This document shows positions 34,258-48,500 of a stretch of DNA of 64,000 bases, piece by piece. The notes under the pieces are model-generated. The model worked only from the letters and a program-made list of their open reading frames with translations, was not told where the DNA came from and did not search any database. The position numbers and the translations under genes were made by a program. Every line of letters begins with the position of its first letter. Within the stretch, counting starts at the first letter, position 1. The stretch is taken from positions 10,230,001 through 10,294,000 of the forward strand of contig NW_025963791.1 in assembly GCF_023055435.1 (NCBI RefSeq), given 5' to 3'. Source of the stretch: Haliotis rufescens. Taxonomy: Eukaryota.

Positions 34258-35290
34258 ATGTCACGACTAGACCCTGCAACTATAAAGAACGCCATCGGAC
34301 GTAGAGAGGCTGGAGAATCTCAGTCGTCAGATGCCGGTCATTTTAACGTCCACCACAGCACATTTCCACGTCTTTGGGATTTTCAAGAGATCTCCCAAGA
34401 TCTGGCAGATCAAGGAACACATCTACAGCTCAGGACAGGTTCATCCTGGCCTTATGTCTACGTCATCGGACCATTACAGCGACAGACACTGCCTCCAATG
34501 TGCCTTGTCTGCATAGGGTATCGGCTCAAACAATACGTAATACTCTTCGTGAGTTTTGCGGTGCTATTCTATGACACCAGCACCGACGTTTACGGGTTCG
34601 ATGGTGTGTAAAAATCCAGGCATGGAATCTTAGACACTTACGTAGGGTTTGGTTCAGTGATGAATCGTGTTTCCTGCAACATCGAGATTGGAGAACACAT
34701 GTCTACAGACGTTGAAATGAACGTTTTGTTCGAAACTGTGTTGTCGAAGTGGATAGATTCAGAGGTGGCAGTGTCATGATGTGGGCGGTAATATCCTACA
34801 CCCTTAGACCCAACATGGTGCACGTGCGTGGCAATTTGACAGCATTACGTTACCGAAATTCCCCAAAGTCACCTGTTTCACGTTATCGATCCTCAACGAG
34901 AGATATTTCACCAGGACAACACCCGATTATATGTTGCACGTGTTAATACTGATTTCCTTCAGAATCATAATTCGGCGAGGGGCGGTCGGGTGGCCAAGGG
35001 GTTAAAGCGTTCGCTCGTCACGCCGAAGACCCTGGTTCGTTTCCCGACATGGGTACAATGTGTGAAGCCCATGTCTGGTGACCCCCGTCGTGATAATGCT
35101 GGAATGTTGCTTAAAGGGGCGTAAGACTATACGAACTCATAATTCTGTGCTTCTATGGTCTTCAAAATGGCCCGACTTAAAGCCAATTGAATATTATAGG
35201 ATGAACTCGGTCGCCATGTCCAACAAGGACAACCACCTCCCCAAAAGCTTCCGCAACTTTGCCAGACATTACATGATGAATGGTTGACAT
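34258..35290 (+). mobile_element. Degenerate Tc1-family transposase (different subfamily)
   Basis: MSRLD...AIGRREAGES, DLPRSGRSRNTSTAQDRFI, DRFRGGSVMMWAVIS and PDLKPIE across frames; a tRNA-SINE is nested at about 34978-35140. Confidence 0.85.
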
Positions 35291-35610
35291 GGCACGCTGG
35301 GTTAACGTTAGTGTATGCTTCGGTTCAGAAATATCATTTGAAATAAAGACGACGTATGTAAATAGTGTTTCACCTGTGCATTTGTTTAAATGTCGATTTA
35401 GGCTGGACTCGCGTTCATGTAAAGGGTCATTGATGGCTGCAGGAGAAATTCTGTGCCGAGTAAGTGAGCGATGGATCGATGGATCGATGACGTCACTTCC
35501 AAAACGATGCTAGCAAATTGGTCCAGGGTAAATATAATCGAACCGAGATAAAATAACAACTGCTAATCGAGGATGGCTATATCGCGCCGTGATTTCATCA
35601 ATCGATTCTT

Positions 35611-35735
35611 GGGCCCCTGAAGATCCGGGGTAGAATAGGCCTTCAGCAACCCAAATTTGCCGTAAAAGATGACTATGCTTGACGTAAGAGGCGACTAACG
35701 GGATCAGGTGGTCAGGCTCGCTGACTTTGTTGATG
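35611..35735 (+). mobile_element. Family B, 5' half
   Basis: GGCCCCTGAAGATCCGGGGTAGAATAGG... Confidence 0.8.
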
Positions 35736-36057
35736 CACACACACACACACGCACACACACACACAGATCACATGTTTATGACTGTCGCAACACTTTTATC
35801 CCAAGTGAACTGAAGGGTGTGCATATAAATAGGAGATCGATTAAACACTTTAACATAAGGTCGTATCTATCTACCTAGCCTTTCTTGGTGTGTAATTTAA
35901 AATACAAAAATACAGACGATCCTGTCACTATTTAACCGAGATTCCTGGTTAGATTTGGTCCCCAGCAACCTATTCTGGTCGTCAGTGGGGATCTTAATAG
36001 ACTCACCGAATTGTCTGGTCCAGACTCGATTTTCTTATCCAGTCCGCCCTCATATAA

Positions 36058-36312
36058 AAAGATCCGGGATAGAATAGGTCTTCAGCAACCCATGCTTGTC
36101 GTAAAAGGCGACTATGCTAGTCGTAAGAGGCGACTAACGGGATCGGTTGGTCAGGCTCGCTGACATGGTTGATGCATGCCCTCCCAATTGCATGGATCGA
36201 TGCTCATGATGTCAATCACTGGATTGTCTGGTCCAGACTCGATTATTTACAGACCTACAGACATAGAGCTGGAATATTGCTGAGTAGGGCGTTAAACAAC
36301 AAACAAACAATC
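36058..36312 (+). mobile_element. Family B
   Basis: Near full length. Confidence 0.85.
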
Positions 36313-37045
36313 AATCATATAAACAACAAACAATTAAAAGCCTGTGTCAGATTAGTGTGTTAGGAAGGCTCCTACTATTGGTATCGTGCTGAACAATGAT
36401 CATAAGCAGGGCAAATCTGGGACTCGAACCCACAACAGCGGATCCCGGAAATGACAAGGGACGTAACTCTTCACAACGACTTGATCCTTTGACAACCGAG
36501 TCAGCCTTGTAACTTCAGAATGTGTATAAACAGCATGTAGCTTTGAAATATATAAATTAAATAATCTTCGACTGTTTATGATTTAAAAATAATGCCATAC
36601 TGGAGCGTTGGGTATAAATGATAATGCATATTTTATCGCTACTGTCTGTGTAGTCATTTGTGAGTCTAACATTGAAATAATTAAGGTTCCAGCTGTTCAA
36701 CAGTAAATGTCATTTTTTCGGCGGATGACTCAGGCACCAATGACGTTTGATTGGACGTCAGAATACAAATGATATACACCCTCGTATATGTTTACCTACA
36801 TAATTACTTTCATAAATGCCACTTCATGGTAAGCAATCCTCCAGTATTAACCTGAACAGGAGAGTATGTTTGAGACTAGGTCGAGGAGACACCTGTGTTC
36901 AAAACCAACCTTATCTTCAACAGCTGGTGGAAAATCGTTTACAGCACATCCTGACCGCAACTGTCGTGTAGAATGTATGTATCCGTGCACCATGTGAAAC
37001 GTTGAATTATCGAATTTCACAACGGGGTGTATCTCTCGAACCCAG

Positions 37046-37305
37046 ATGGCTTGCCTTGGGGACCCAGAGAGCGACAAGATGGCGGAAGAGAGGGATGCGT
37101 TTTGGAGAGTCTTTGAGGCAATCATGCAAGCATGTGCCGCGGAGTTTCTAGGAACGGCGATTTACGTGCTAATCGCTTGTCTGGTATCCTCGGGGGTGAA
37201 GGGCATTGGGATTCTTCCGCCTGAGCACATGCCAATGATCGTGCCTATAGCACTGTGTGCCGGGTTCACTGTGGCTGCATTGATGGCCACATTTGGAAAA
37301 ATGAG
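37046..37305 (+). CDS. AQP paralog C exon 1
   Basis: MACLG...CAAEFLGTAIYVLIAC...PIALCAGFTVAALMATFGKM AG|GTACGT; the true start could be the downstream in-frame ATG (MAEER). Confidence 0.88.
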
Positions 37306-40300
37306 GTACGTGTTTAATGTCTTGCAAAATAAATCTTTTAATATTAATAAATTTTAAAAACAGTGGGGATGAATATGTTTGGTTCCATGTAGGTTTTGTC
37401 TGTTTTGATAACATGTCACAAGCAGGGATGTCACGTTAGAGCTAAAAGGTCTTCAAAAATAAAATTTATAAAACATCACCCCCAGAGAATAATCAGTCTC
37501 CATTGTCTACCGAAACCATTCCATTTGGCGTAAAAGACAAAATAGAAGTGAAAAATTATGTGAATGTGTCTCTCAAAATCAGTGATGACACCAGGTGTTC
37601 GCGAAAAGATGAAGCAATAGAGTAGAGTACTTCAGACAACCTATATTATTGAATGTAAATCAAGGCTGTGTATTGAATTAAAGCGACCTTTGATTCAACA
37701 ACAGTTAATCATAACGTCTGAAAAGTAAAGATTATTTGCTTTTGTTGGAAAAAAAATGAAGAATTCAATTCAGATGAGAAAAGCAAATTGTCATGTATAA
37801 TACCGAGTCAATATTTTACACGTGACAAAGGCCTCTCTCGGTTGATGGTTTCACATTTTCTGTCAAAATGTCAGATGTACATATTTTAAGTAGATTTAAT
37901 TTAATTATATTTATTTAATTAGATTGTCAGCATTGTAGCTTCATGGCCAATACGTGAAATATACCGTGACTCTGAAATATATTAGTCTTTATTTATGGAC
38001 TGAATCTTCCGTGGCTGGACGAACACATTGAGTGTGTTAGTATCATTATGTATAGGATACGTATTATAAATCAGCAGAATAATAGTATCGATACTTAAAT
38101 CGGGTAAATTCTTATCAGTATGATATTGCTGAAGAGGGCATACAAAAAGAAAAACAAATATATTTATATGATTTGGGCAATGTCTGGGACAATCCAGAAT
38201 TAATTATTCACGATTTCGTTGAGATGTAGTGATATTGACAATCAAGCATAGTAAAATTGGATTTCTATAGAATGATTAAAGTTGGTGTTACTTATGAAAT
38301 GTATTTATCTCCAATGTGTGATAATTAACGCTTATCGCATCCCTTTATGTCAATTTCGGTGCTCAACACACACTCTTATGATTGAATTTGGATTTACGAA
38401 TGAATTCCTCGTTTGTGAAAGACTTTGTCCTCTTGACATTGCCCGTGTGACGAAAGATATACTTGCTTTTGATGCATGTTAATAACGAAGCGCCCCGCTT
38501 CACAAAACCGGTAGGGTGAGACGATCTTAATTCCCATACTTTAACATAGACTTTCAGCAGTTGTATCATATCTGAGACCCGTTTCACAAAGCGATGTTAG
38601 CGTTAAAGCGATCATAATTCCCATACTTTAACATAGACTTTCAACAGTTGTATCATATCTGAGACCCGTTTCACAAAGCGATGTTAGCGTTAAAGCGATC
38701 ATAATTCCCATACTTTAATATAGACTTTCAACAGTTGTATCATATCTGAGCTCCGTTTCACAAAGCGGTCTTAGCGTTAAAGCGATCATAATTCCCATAC
38801 TTTAATATAGACTTTCAACAGTTGTATCATATCTGAGCTCCGTTTCACAAAGCGATCTTAGCGTTAAAGCGATCATAATTCCCATACTTTAACATAGACT
38901 TTCAACAGTTGTATCATATCTGAGCTCCGTTTCACAAAGCGGTCTTAGCGTTAAAGCGATCTAAATTCACATAATTTTACACAGACTTTCAACAGTTGTA
39001 TCATATCTTGGATCCGTTTCACAAAGCGGTCTTAGCGTTAAAGCGATCATAATTCCCATACTTTAACATAGACTTTCAACAGTTGTATCATATCTGAGCT
39101 CCGTTTCACAAAATGGTCTTAGCGTTAAAGCGATCTTTATTCACATTTTTTAACATAGACTTTCAACAGTTGTATCATATCTGAGCTCCGTTTCACAAAA
39201 TGGTCTTAGCGTTAAAGCGATCACAATTCCCATACTTTAACATAGACTTTCAACAGTTGTATCATATCTGAGCTCCGTTTCACAAAGCGATCTTAGCGTT
39301 AAAGCGATCTTAATTCACATACTTTAACATAGACTTTCAACAGTTGTATCATATCTGAGGTCCGTTTCACAAAGCGATAGTAGCGTTAAAGCGATCTTAA
39401 TTGATTTCACATACTTTAACATAGGCTTTCAACAGTTGTATCATATCTGAGGTCCGTTCCACCAAGCGGTATTCGCGTCAAAGCGATCATAATTCCCATA
39501 CTTTAACATAGACTTTCAACAGTTGTATCATATCTGTGATCCGTTTCACCAAGCGGTCTTAGCGTTAAACGATCATAATTCCCATACTTTAACATAGACT
39601 TTCAACAGTTGTATCATATCTGAGATCCGTTTCACCAAGCGGTCTTAGCGTTAAACGATCATAATTCCCATACTTTAACATAGACTTTCAACAGTTGTAT
39701 CATATCTGAGACCCGTTTCACAAAGCGGTCTTAGCGTTAAAGCGATCATAATTCCCATACTTTAATAAGACTTTCAACAGTTGTATCATATCTGAGCTCC
39801 GTTTCACAAAGCGATCTTAGCGTTAAAGCGATCATAATTCCCATACTTTAACATAGGCTTTCAACAGTTGTATCATATCTGAGCTCCGTTTCACAAAGCG
39901 GTCTTAGCGTTAAAGCGATCTTAATTCACATATTTTAACACAGACTTTCAACAGTTGTATCATATCTGGGATCCGTTTCACCAAGCGTTCTTAGCGTTAA
40001 AGCGATAATATTTCCATACTTTAATATAGACTTTCAACAGTTGTATCATATCTGAGGTCCGTTTCACAAAGCGATCAAGCACCAAGGCGATCTCAACTAC
40101 CGTACTTAGTTTAAACATATTTTATCGTCAATGGGATGCGGCACAAGTGCAACACTTATTGCTGCCTTTTCCCCACATACAGTGAAACATTATTTTACAA
40201 AATAAAAATGAACAAATTACAATTTAAGAATGACACTGAGGAAATACCATACACTACTGATGTGAGGGGTATTACAATGTGCTAAAAGTGAAAAAATACA

Positions 40301-41898
40301 TATTTATACATATATTTGACAGTAATAAATAATTACATTTTTAAAATAATAATAATATGCCAACTACTGAATCTGTCAGGTTTTTTTCAAACGCTGTGAC
40401 CAGACAAGAATGTATTTATATAGGTTTGGGTTTCCAAATGAAAAACGGTGTAATGCTGTTTGGGCTCCAAGACAATCAGTATTTGATAATAATGTCTTCC
40501 TAAGTCATCATATAAAGTGTACTTGAAAGAAGTAGAAATAGGGAGGTTTTCACTAGGCGCGCCGCGTTTACAGGAAATAGTATCAGATAAGATAACAAGA
40601 AACAGGTCGAAATTTAGCCTGTTACAATTGTGTCCTAATCTACTAGTAATCTTGTGTGCAAAATGTTTGTGGATTTGGTACCGCAATTATAGAACACAAG
40701 TGGTGATGCTCACTGATGCTACAGCTTTAAAAGAAGATATTGATGAAACCATCCCTTACTTCTGATGGTAGATAATTCCATTTGCTTACTGTATTATTTA
40801 AATGTTCGAGAAAATGGTCCAAAATCATGGCGGTTTCTGAGATTATAACTGGCACACATACTTCAACTTAAGATGGCTGTCGTGTTCTTTGAGTGCAAGA
40901 AAAACAGAAAAAGCCAGTTCTCCAACTTTTATAATATTAAATTAATGTAAAAAAATAAGCTTATTCGTAATGGACCTGGACCTCGTTCCATAAAGGGATT
41001 TTAGCACTACGAATATCGTAACTCTGTGTTAAAGTATTGTTACGATGATCTTAGCGCTCAGGGACCCGTTCCATAAAGGGATCTTAGCACTACGAATATC
41101 GTAACTCTGTGTTAAAGTATTGTTACGATGATCTTAGCGCTCAGGGACCCGTTCCATAAAGGGATCTTAGCACTACGAATATCGTAACTCTGTGTTAAAG
41201 TATTGTTACGATGATCTTAGCGCTCAGGGACCCGTTCCATAAAGGGATCTTAGCACTACGAATATCGTAACTCTGTGTTAAAGTATTGTTACGATGATCT
41301 TAGCGCTCAGGGACCCGTTCCATAAAGGGATCTTAGCACTACGAATATCGTAACTCTGTGTTAAAGTATTGTTACGATGATCTTAGCGCTCAGGGACCCG
41401 TTCCATAAAGGGATCTTAGCACTACGAATATCGTAACTCTGTGTTAAAGTATTGTTACGATGATCTTAGCGCTCAGGGACCCGTTCCACAAAGAGATCTT
41501 AGCGCTAAGTGGATCGTAACTCCCATACTTTAACATAGACTTACGGCAGTCGTAGCGCTAAGATCGCTTTGCAGGAGCGGGCCCAGAAGACCATGTGCCA
41601 GGATAAGACGTTCACAAACACGTACACTGATACGCCGTAACGATGCATGTTACGTCCTCACGTTTGTCAGCACGGTCAACGAAGACGGTGGCCGTGTGTA
41701 GGAATATGTGCACTATATATGTTTCGTCGAGGAGTACTTGACCGCATATTTAGTCATTATACGCATGGGAGGTTGTCACATTAGTTAATTTTAATGATTC
41801 TTGTGTCAAATCATAGCTACGTTTTAGAATCATATCAAGCATTCAACTGTGCTGAAAAACAAGGGGATCATATTCTTTTGTTTATAGATCTATACTTT

Positions 41899-41954
<56 letters not shown>

Positions 41955-44900
41955 ATTTTCAGTTATCCATTCATATACTTTTCACCGCTATTTTGTCTTT
42001 TATGCCAAATGAATTCGGGAAATAATCGAGACTGATCGTATCCTGGCGTTGACGTTGTATATTAAAGACGTTTGGGTTTAAAACGTTTTAGTGCGCAATA
42101 TCAGGGAGTCAGAGATTAACTAAAATTGATATTTAAGGGTAAAAATCCCCACAGAGACATTAATACTCATATCAGCTGTAGTTTAGACATGTTTCAAACC
42201 AGTGAATGCGTGAGGGAGGTTAGTTTTATTGTTCGAAACATTATAACGGCAATGTCATGGTGGGGACCCCAAAGAATGGCTTCAAGATATTTACACATGT
42301 GTGGGAATCGACCACCGATCGTTGGCGTGACAATCAAACATTTTGATAACTCTGCCAAACAATTTAACTGAACTTATATTCACTAAATCTTTATAGGTAA
42401 AAATCCCCACAGGAACAGTTATATGAGCCGTTTGTACCGTAAAGTTATGATCGTGAACCCGAATCCCCTGTTTCTAGGTTAAACTTGTGTCCGCTCGTTG
42501 GTAACCACCTACACGTTTGTTTGTTTGTTTGTTGTTTAACGCTGCACTCAGCAATATTCCAGCTGTATGACGGCGATCTGTAAATAATCGAGTCTGGACC
42601 AGACAATCCAGTGACTGACATCATGAGCATCGTAGTGTGAACCTGTTCAAATGATGATACAGACATGACGTTGTCGGTCGCATTTGGGTAACTAAGATGA
42701 AGCAAACATTAGCCACCCAAATCCAAGATGGCCACCATTCTACCAATATGGCCGTCACTTTTCCTGCAAACGTCCATATTTTGCCAATATCCAGACGATA
42801 TAACAATGCGAACATCAATTTATATTGATCAATTTGGTGACAGTGAGGTGACGATACTGAAGTAGTTAAGTTTATGAAGCTCTTTTTGTAAAGGAAGCAA
42901 GTTTTTGTTTCTTTTCTTACATTTTTCTGCTTGCGGCAATCTCATTCAAATCACGTGTTCCGTTATTTTGCCTCTTGCGCGTGCGTGCGTGGGTGCGTGC
43001 GTGGGTGCGTGCGTGCGTGCGTGCGTGCGTGTTCCACGGAGGCGGTTCCGCAAACGTACCGGAGTGCTTTCGCAAAACATTTGCAGAATTACTGCGGTAC
43101 TTTTGCAAAATAACTACATCTTACCGCTGAGGTTAGACAAAGAAAACGCGAGAATCGAACAAAGGAGATAAGTATACTTGTGATCAGTAGTGTATATGAC
43201 AATAATATAGATACCACATTTTGATATAAGTAACGTATCAATGCGTGATCATTGCAAGTAACATTTCAAGTTCAGCATACACAGTGTCCATGGCGTATGG
43301 CCGGACGTATGGCGTTGGGTGACAAGCACCAGCCATAAAAAATGATAAATTAATATAAAAAGATTATGATGTTCATTTGAAATAGGTCAAAACACGTCCT
43401 CAGCATTGACAATACATGGGTAAACCACCTGTTGCTATCTCAGGCCCATTGAAATGGACGCAATTATAACAGTAAACAGCTGGAGATGATAATCTTACAG
43501 CAACGAGCTATTCATTGTGTAGTAGGTTATTGACATATCTCCCACTTGGTGGAAGCCCTGATATTTATAAATGAAGTATACAGTAGAAAACGTTAAGCCC
43601 TTTAATAATATACCACGCCATCATTGCTGCACAGCTGCAGTTTAAGCTCCTTACAGCGAAAGGGCGCAACCTATAATGTATACAACTAAAAACATTATAT
43701 GATAAATTATTTCCTTTTGATATTTCAGCGGTGGTCACTTCAACCCTGCTGTGAGTCTAGCGGTGTGTGTGTCTGGGGGTCTGAAGCCTCTCCTACTGCC
43801 CGCCTACGTCCTTGTGCAGATTTTCGGAGGGGTCGCTGGAGCCGGCCTCGCCATGGTGAGTGCGTGCGTGTGTGCGTGCGTGCAAGCGTGCGAAAGCTTA
43901 GTTTAACGCCATTTATAACAGTATTTCAGTTACATCACGACGTGTCAGTTCAATATGGGAGGAAAACTCCAAGTGGTGCAGGTATTTGCAGTTTGTTGCT
44001 TAACGTCGCACTCAGCAATATTCCAGCCATATATAGGCGGTCTGTAAATAATCGATGGAAATCATAAGTATCGATCTGCGCAATTGGGATACGATGACAT
44101 GCATCAACCAAGTCAGCGAGCCTGACCACCCGATCTCGTTAGTCGCCTCTTACAACAAGCACAGTCGCTTCTTACGGCAGGTTGGGTAGCTGAAGACCTT
44201 TTCTACCCCGCATCTTCACGGGTCCTTTTGGTCAGAGATGTCGCGAGATCCGAGTTGTACGCAACCCGCCGTCGTGGGAATGCCGAGTTCGTATAACTAA
44301 TAACATACAAGTTGCACAACTAGTTCTAGTACCCGGTGAATGCTCCTTTAGCGCTACGACTATCGTAAGCCTATGTGAAAGTGGACCATGTAATTGATAA
44401 AAATAATAAATTATATAAACAAACTCGCAAAAAACTCTGCGAGAATGTCTTTTATTGTCTGTTACATGGTCCTGGGCACTATTCCACAAAGCGATCTTAG
44501 CGCTACGACTATCGCAAGCCAGTGTTAAAGTATGGGAGTTACGATCACCTTAGCGCTTAGATGGCTTTGTGGAACAGGGCCCTGTTGATCATTTCAGCGC
44601 TAAAATGGGACGGGGCTCAGGTTAAGACGCCATTGAAATACAGGGCACACAACCTTTTCCCCATATTGTCAATTTCAACACTTTTATATAATTATGTTGA
44701 AGTTAGAACTTGTTAATTTCAACACTTGTATATTTCGGACTTCCAACTACACAAAATGCAGATAAAAGGTTTTATCATATAATGGGTACTAGGTTTTCCG
44801 GCAGTATAAAGCCAACGGATAAATACAATATCCGTTTTGGGTCATATGCGGATAAAGATTCAAGTATCAAAGAACAAGTAGTATAGGGACTACTTTCAGT

Positions 44901-45536
44901 GTTTACAAACAAACATGGCGTCGTCCTTGCATTCGGCGCTCGAGTCAGAATTAACTATCCGGATCTGGACAAACTATTATATTGAAAATCAGTGTCTAAC
45001 TGTGACGTAGCTAAGGCATTTTACAAGTTTTGACAACTTCGGAGATATAAATTGCGAAACAATTTAGCGAAAAACACTAGCCAAGACGGCAAGATAGATC
45101 AGTTTCCATATCTCTGCTTGCAGACCTCTGCAGCTTGGAACCTTTTCCCCAATTTAAAACAGTTTTCATTTGGTCGATATATGTCCAAAGTGTCACCTTA
45201 ATTGTTTCGTTTTGTTGCTGTGTGTACATCTGACAGCACTTCGTAACGTTATGACAGGACAGGCAGACACTGTCAACAAACGTTAAAACACAGACTAGAG
45301 TTAGAGTAGCTTCCCTTTGATAAAGGGAAAGGCTAGTAGAAGCAATTTCTGTAGGCAATTGTTGTTTTGCCTATATGTAGTTACGCCACTATACTGACTG
45401 CTGTCACTGTTCGAAAACACATCATTTACCTTCTGACGTAATAATATCAATGCGCACATACCCAGGAAAACTTGCAATGTTGGTGTGATGTTTGTGAGAG
45501 ATCGGAAGATATTTTATGAATGACATGGACGCTTGC

Positions 45537-45580
<44 letters not shown>

Positions 45581-48500
45581 TGTTTGGGGTTTGTACCATG
45601 GCGAAACACAATCGCGTGATAACCTCTATAAACCAAGTAAAGAATTGATTGTATGTTTCGAAGATCTTTCTAACATGTCAACACGCACAAGCCGCTGCAT
45701 CAAGCTGACGTTCATGTTATGAAACAGTAGTTTTGGGTCGCGATCTTCATCATTGTCACATCTTTCCCCAGGGGGCATGAAATTGATCTTTTCACTCATT
45801 TTTGTTTTACGTCCGGATTGGATGTTTTAAATCCTAAAAATGTGTTTTGAAGAAAACAATGTGCGATTCCCTACAAGATGTTCAAATTTCAGTTTCTAGT
45901 GGACCATATGCCTCGTCCGTTCAGTACTGTTTTCATCGTTACGGTAGCAAAATTGTCAATGAGATGTAACATTTCAACTCTGCATTGTACAAAAAACATT
46001 ATCGTAGAGCGACTTTTAGCTGCCCAAATCTGCCGACCACTGCCCAAATCAGCCGATCACAAGGTCGATTGCCCACAACATCTAGGTTTTGTAACTCATA
46101 ATTGTTGCATCATATGAACGTCCAAGGGTGAGTTTGTACAAAACGATTATATTACTAGGGTGACCGTAACTCCCATACCATAAAAATACTAAGAGCTAAA
46201 GTACTGTACAACGGCACCGAGGTTGTTATCCAGAACGATGCTTTTATTCGTGGAGATAACATTTTGACGAGGCTTGTTAATCTGCTATTCTACAAATGTG
46301 ACCACCGTTTGAAACGATGTTGTAACACCCCTTCATTGTTCCGTAGGTTGTAGAACCAGATGAGCTGTTCACCAAGGTGTTAACTGATGATGGTGTTGAG
46401 ATGGCGGTGGGACCAGGTCGGGCTATTGCCTGCGAATTTTTGCTGACTTCGTTTGTGATAGTTGCTGTGTTGCTGACCACGTTGGAGGAGAAGACGAAGT
46501 CGCATGCCGCACCAACTGCAGTGGGCTTCGCGTATGTCGTCGGCATTCTCTCGGGGTGCGTAGGGAGGAGAAAGACGCACGGCATATATTTTTATGTTAT
46601 TTGTTTAACGCCGCATTCGGCAAAATTAAATGATGACGGATGGTAAATAATCAAGACAAGGCAATCCAGTGATTGACATCATGAGCACCAATCTCTGCAA
46701 TTTGGATACAATGACGTACATCAAGCATGTCCCCCGATCCCGTTAGTTCCCTTACGACAAGCACTAATTTTATGTGGACATGCTTGCTTGTTTGTTTGGT
46801 ATTTAACCCAACACTCAGCAATAGTCCAGCTGTATGGCGGCGGGTGTACAAAGAATCGAGGCTGGACGAGAGAAACCACTGATTGAGATTATGAGCAACG
46901 ATCCACGCCGTCGGGGATCAGTGACACACGAACAACCACGAGTCTTACCGCCGACAGGCATAGGTTGCTGGGACAGAATGATCACCATTTCCCTATGCCT
47001 GTCGTAAGAGCCGACTAAAATTAAGATAAGGACCGTGTTACACAAGGGATCTTAGTGCTAAGACGATCACGAGTTAAAAGTAAAGGCAATTGTTACTCCC
47101 ATACTTTAACACAGATCTACGACACTCATCCTTGGCCCACTTGCAGAAAGGGGTCTTAGCGCTAAGATGATCGTAACTCCCATACTTTAGCACACGTCAG
47201 GCTTACAATAGTCTTAGCGCTAATATCGCTTTGTGCAAGTGGGCCCTGGGTGGTTACAGCAATTCCAACGGACCCAATCAATGTTCGCGCCATGTACCGG
47301 CAGTCCTGATATTAGCGGGTATATCGCCGTAAAACAACATTCAATCAGCCGATCGAATGACCAGCTAGCTACATCTTTCAACTATAAATCAACAGCCTGT
47401 ATAAATCGATCTTTCGATGTGTTTTCAAAAGTTATAAGTGCCACTTCAGTTTGAGTATTTGTTTTTATTTGCAGTATTCGGATAACCGGCACTAGTCTGA
47501 ATCCTGCACGCAGTTTTGGTTCAGCAGTTGTGCTCAGTCTCTACTCAAAGAAAGCCTGGACTCTCCAGTATGTTTTCTGGGTTGGGCCGCTTCTGGCAGC
47601 TGTTGTCACAGCAATATTTTACAGGTAAGCTCTGAGTATCCATCGTCCTTGTCAAGAACAGAGTCACCCGTATTGTACGTCCTTGTCAGGAACAGAATCA
47701 CCCGTATCGTACGTCCTTGTCAGGAACGGTATCACCCGTATCGTACGTCCTTGTCAGGAACAGTATCACCCTTATCGTAGTCCTTGTCAGGAACAGTATC
47801 AACCGTATCGTACGTCCTTGTCAGAAACAGTATCAACCGTATCGTATGTCCTTGTCAGGAACAGTATCACCCTTACCGTACGTGCTTGTCAGAAACAGTA
47901 TCAACCGTATCGTATGTCCTTGTCAGGAACAGTATCACCCGTATCGTACGTCCCTGTCAGGAACAGTATTACCCGTATCGTACGTCCTTGTCAGGAACAG
48001 TAACACCCTTATCGTACGTCCTTGTCAGGAACAGTTACAACCGTATCGTACGTCCTTGTCAGGAACAGTATCGCCCTTATCGTAGTCCTTGTCAGAAACA
48101 GTATCAACCGTATCGTATGTCTTTGTCAGGAACAGTATCACCCGTACCGTACGTCCTTGTCAGAAACAGTATCAAACGTATCGTATGTCCTTGTCAGGAA
48201 CAGTATCATCCGTACGTCCTTGTCAGGAACAGTATCACCCATACGTCCTTGTCAGGAACAGTATCATCTGTATCGTACGTCCTTGTCAGGAACAGTATCA
48301 TCCGTACGTCTCGTCAGGAACAGTGTCACCCATACGTCCTTGTCAGGACTAGTATCATCTGTATCGTACGTCCTTGTCAGGAATTGTATCATCCGTACGT
48401 CCTTGTCAGGAACAGTATCATCCGTATCGTACGTCCTTGTCAGGAACAGTATCACCCGTACGTCCTTGTCAGGAACAGTATCACCCGTATCGTACGTTCC

